Part shown: positions 62,720 to 64,000 of the stretch, one piece after another | Layout: each line of letters begins with the position of its first letter | Position numbering within the stretch: the stretch's first letter is position 1 | Assembly: GCF_041146345.1 (NCBI RefSeq) | Contig: NW_027191405.1 | Coordinates: forward strand, 248,001 to 312,000 | Direction of reading: 5' to 3' | Length of the DNA: 64,000 nt | Origin: Neodothiora populina | Taxonomy: Eukaryota | Program-made: the position numbers and the translations under genes | Notes under the pieces: generated by a model | Told to the model about the DNA's origin: nothing | Database searches by the model: none | The model's input: the letters and a program-made list of their open reading frames with translations, nothing else

Positions 62720-64000
62720 ATGCCTTCGATCGTCTCTTCCTTGTTGCTCGCTTCGGCGGGTCTGTCCGTGGCAGGTGCCAACTATACCCGTATCGATGGC
62801 CCTCTGTTCCCAGAGACCGTCTATCCCGGACGTGAAAGTGAGAACCCAGTGACCATTGCTGGTAGCAAGACCAACCAGACTAGTCCTCCCAAGTATCCTA
62901 GTCCTTGGGGCGAAGGCTTGGATGATTGGGCAGATGCTTATGAGAAGGCGAGAGCCTTTGTCAGCCAATTGACTCTGGAAGAAAAGGTCAACCTCACTAC
63001 AGGAACTGGCTGGGAGTTAGACTCATGTGTTGGTCAAACTGGCAGTATCCCTCGTCTTGGTTTCAAGGCTCTCTGTCTCCAAGACAGTCCTACTGGAGGT
63101 GCGTCTCCTAAATGCTATAAGTTGCTTTTTAGTCGCGCAAATCTAACAGTGAACAGTCCGTGATACCGATTTCAACAGTGTCTTCCCTGCAGGTGTGAAC
63201 GCTGCGGCAGCATGGGATCGTGGCCTAGCATACGCTCGTGGAAAGGCCATGGGTGAGGAGCACCGCGACAAGGGTGTCGATATGCAGCTCGGTCCTGTCG
63301 CTGGCCCCCTTGGCCGCGCTCCCACTGGAGGTAGAAATTGGGAAGGATTCTCTCCTGACCCATACCTTACTGGAGAGCTCTTTGCCACCAGTATCAAGGG
63401 TATCCAGTCCAATGGAATCTTGACAAGTGCCAAGCACTTCCTGGCTTACGAGCAAGAGCATTTCCGTCTTGCATACGAGGCTGTGCCTTATGGCTTCAAC
63501 ATCACCGAGTCTGTTTCTGCCAACTTGGACGACATCACTATGCACGAGATGTACTTGTGGCCTTTCGCGAACGGTGTCAAGGCCGGGGCCGCGTCCGTCA
63601 TGTGCTCGTACAACTCGATCAACAATTCTCAGGCTTGCCAGAACAGCTACACTCTTAACTACCTCCTGAAGCAGGAGCTTGGCTTCCAGGGTTTCGTAAT
63701 TTCTGACTGGTATGGTACCCACTCTGGTCGTGAGAGCATGCTTGCAGGTCTTGATATGACCATGCCTGGTGACCCAGAAGGTCAAAACACCAACACAGGT
63801 GCAAGTTACTACGGCTCTAACCTGACCATCGCTGTACTGAACGGTTCAATTCCCCAATGGAGAATCGACGACGCAACCACTAGAATCGTTGCTGCATGGT
63901 ACTACGTTGGCCTTGACAACAAGACTACTGACATCAACTTCAACTCCTGGACCCTCGATACTTACAACTGGGAGCACTGGTTTGTGGGTGGCGGCGCTTG
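62720..64000 (+). CDS. Secreted GH3 beta-glucosidase (BglA/Bgl1-like); 3' end lies outside window
   Basis: Signal peptide; YPSPW, LTLEEKVNLTTGTGW, LCLQDSP, GGRNWEGFSPDP, KHFLAYEQE, SVMCSYN, GFVISDW (nucleophile). Intron 63099-63156. Confidence 0.95.

Noticed and set aside
37932..64000. MalR/AmyR-like TF, sugar porter and GH3 as one sugar-utilisation cluster
   Set aside because: TF is more than 20 kb away, with unrelated housekeeping genes between.
1..64000. CRISPR arrays, rRNA, intact transposons
   Set aside because: Eukaryotic sequence; no repeat-spacer arrays, rRNA-like segments, or RT/integrase/transposase motifs seen.

Overview
Eukaryotic, intron-containing DNA from a filamentous ascomycete (GT..CTRAC..YAG introns of roughly 50-280 nt; Eurotiomycetes/Chaetothyriales-like is only my impression). 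About 25 protein-coding genes, mostly conserved housekeeping: CAP/PRY protein (5'-truncated), SPATA20/YyaL, glucosidase I, MTQ1, MMTAG2, PS decarboxylase, SNRNP27, ELP5, SEC22, MAPEG, ABZ1, MED6, atypical SDR, Zn2Cys6 TF, ITT1-type RBR ligase, ADE13, Sld7-like, MSS1, MAK16 and a GH3 beta-glucosidase (3'-truncated). Accessory-looking items are a stand-alone A-T-R NRPS-like reductase, a DUF1772 protein, a divergent UPF1-like SF1 helicase and an internally deleted sugar-porter pseudogene. The most intriguing element is an apparent transcription unit at ~57.2-58.3 kb (- strand). It encodes only a ~56-aa peptide with three GRGGYN copies that differ solely at synonymous positions. No rRNA, tRNA, CRISPR or intact transposon was recognised. 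Exon boundaries were read by eye and family calls are from recalled motifs, not database searches.
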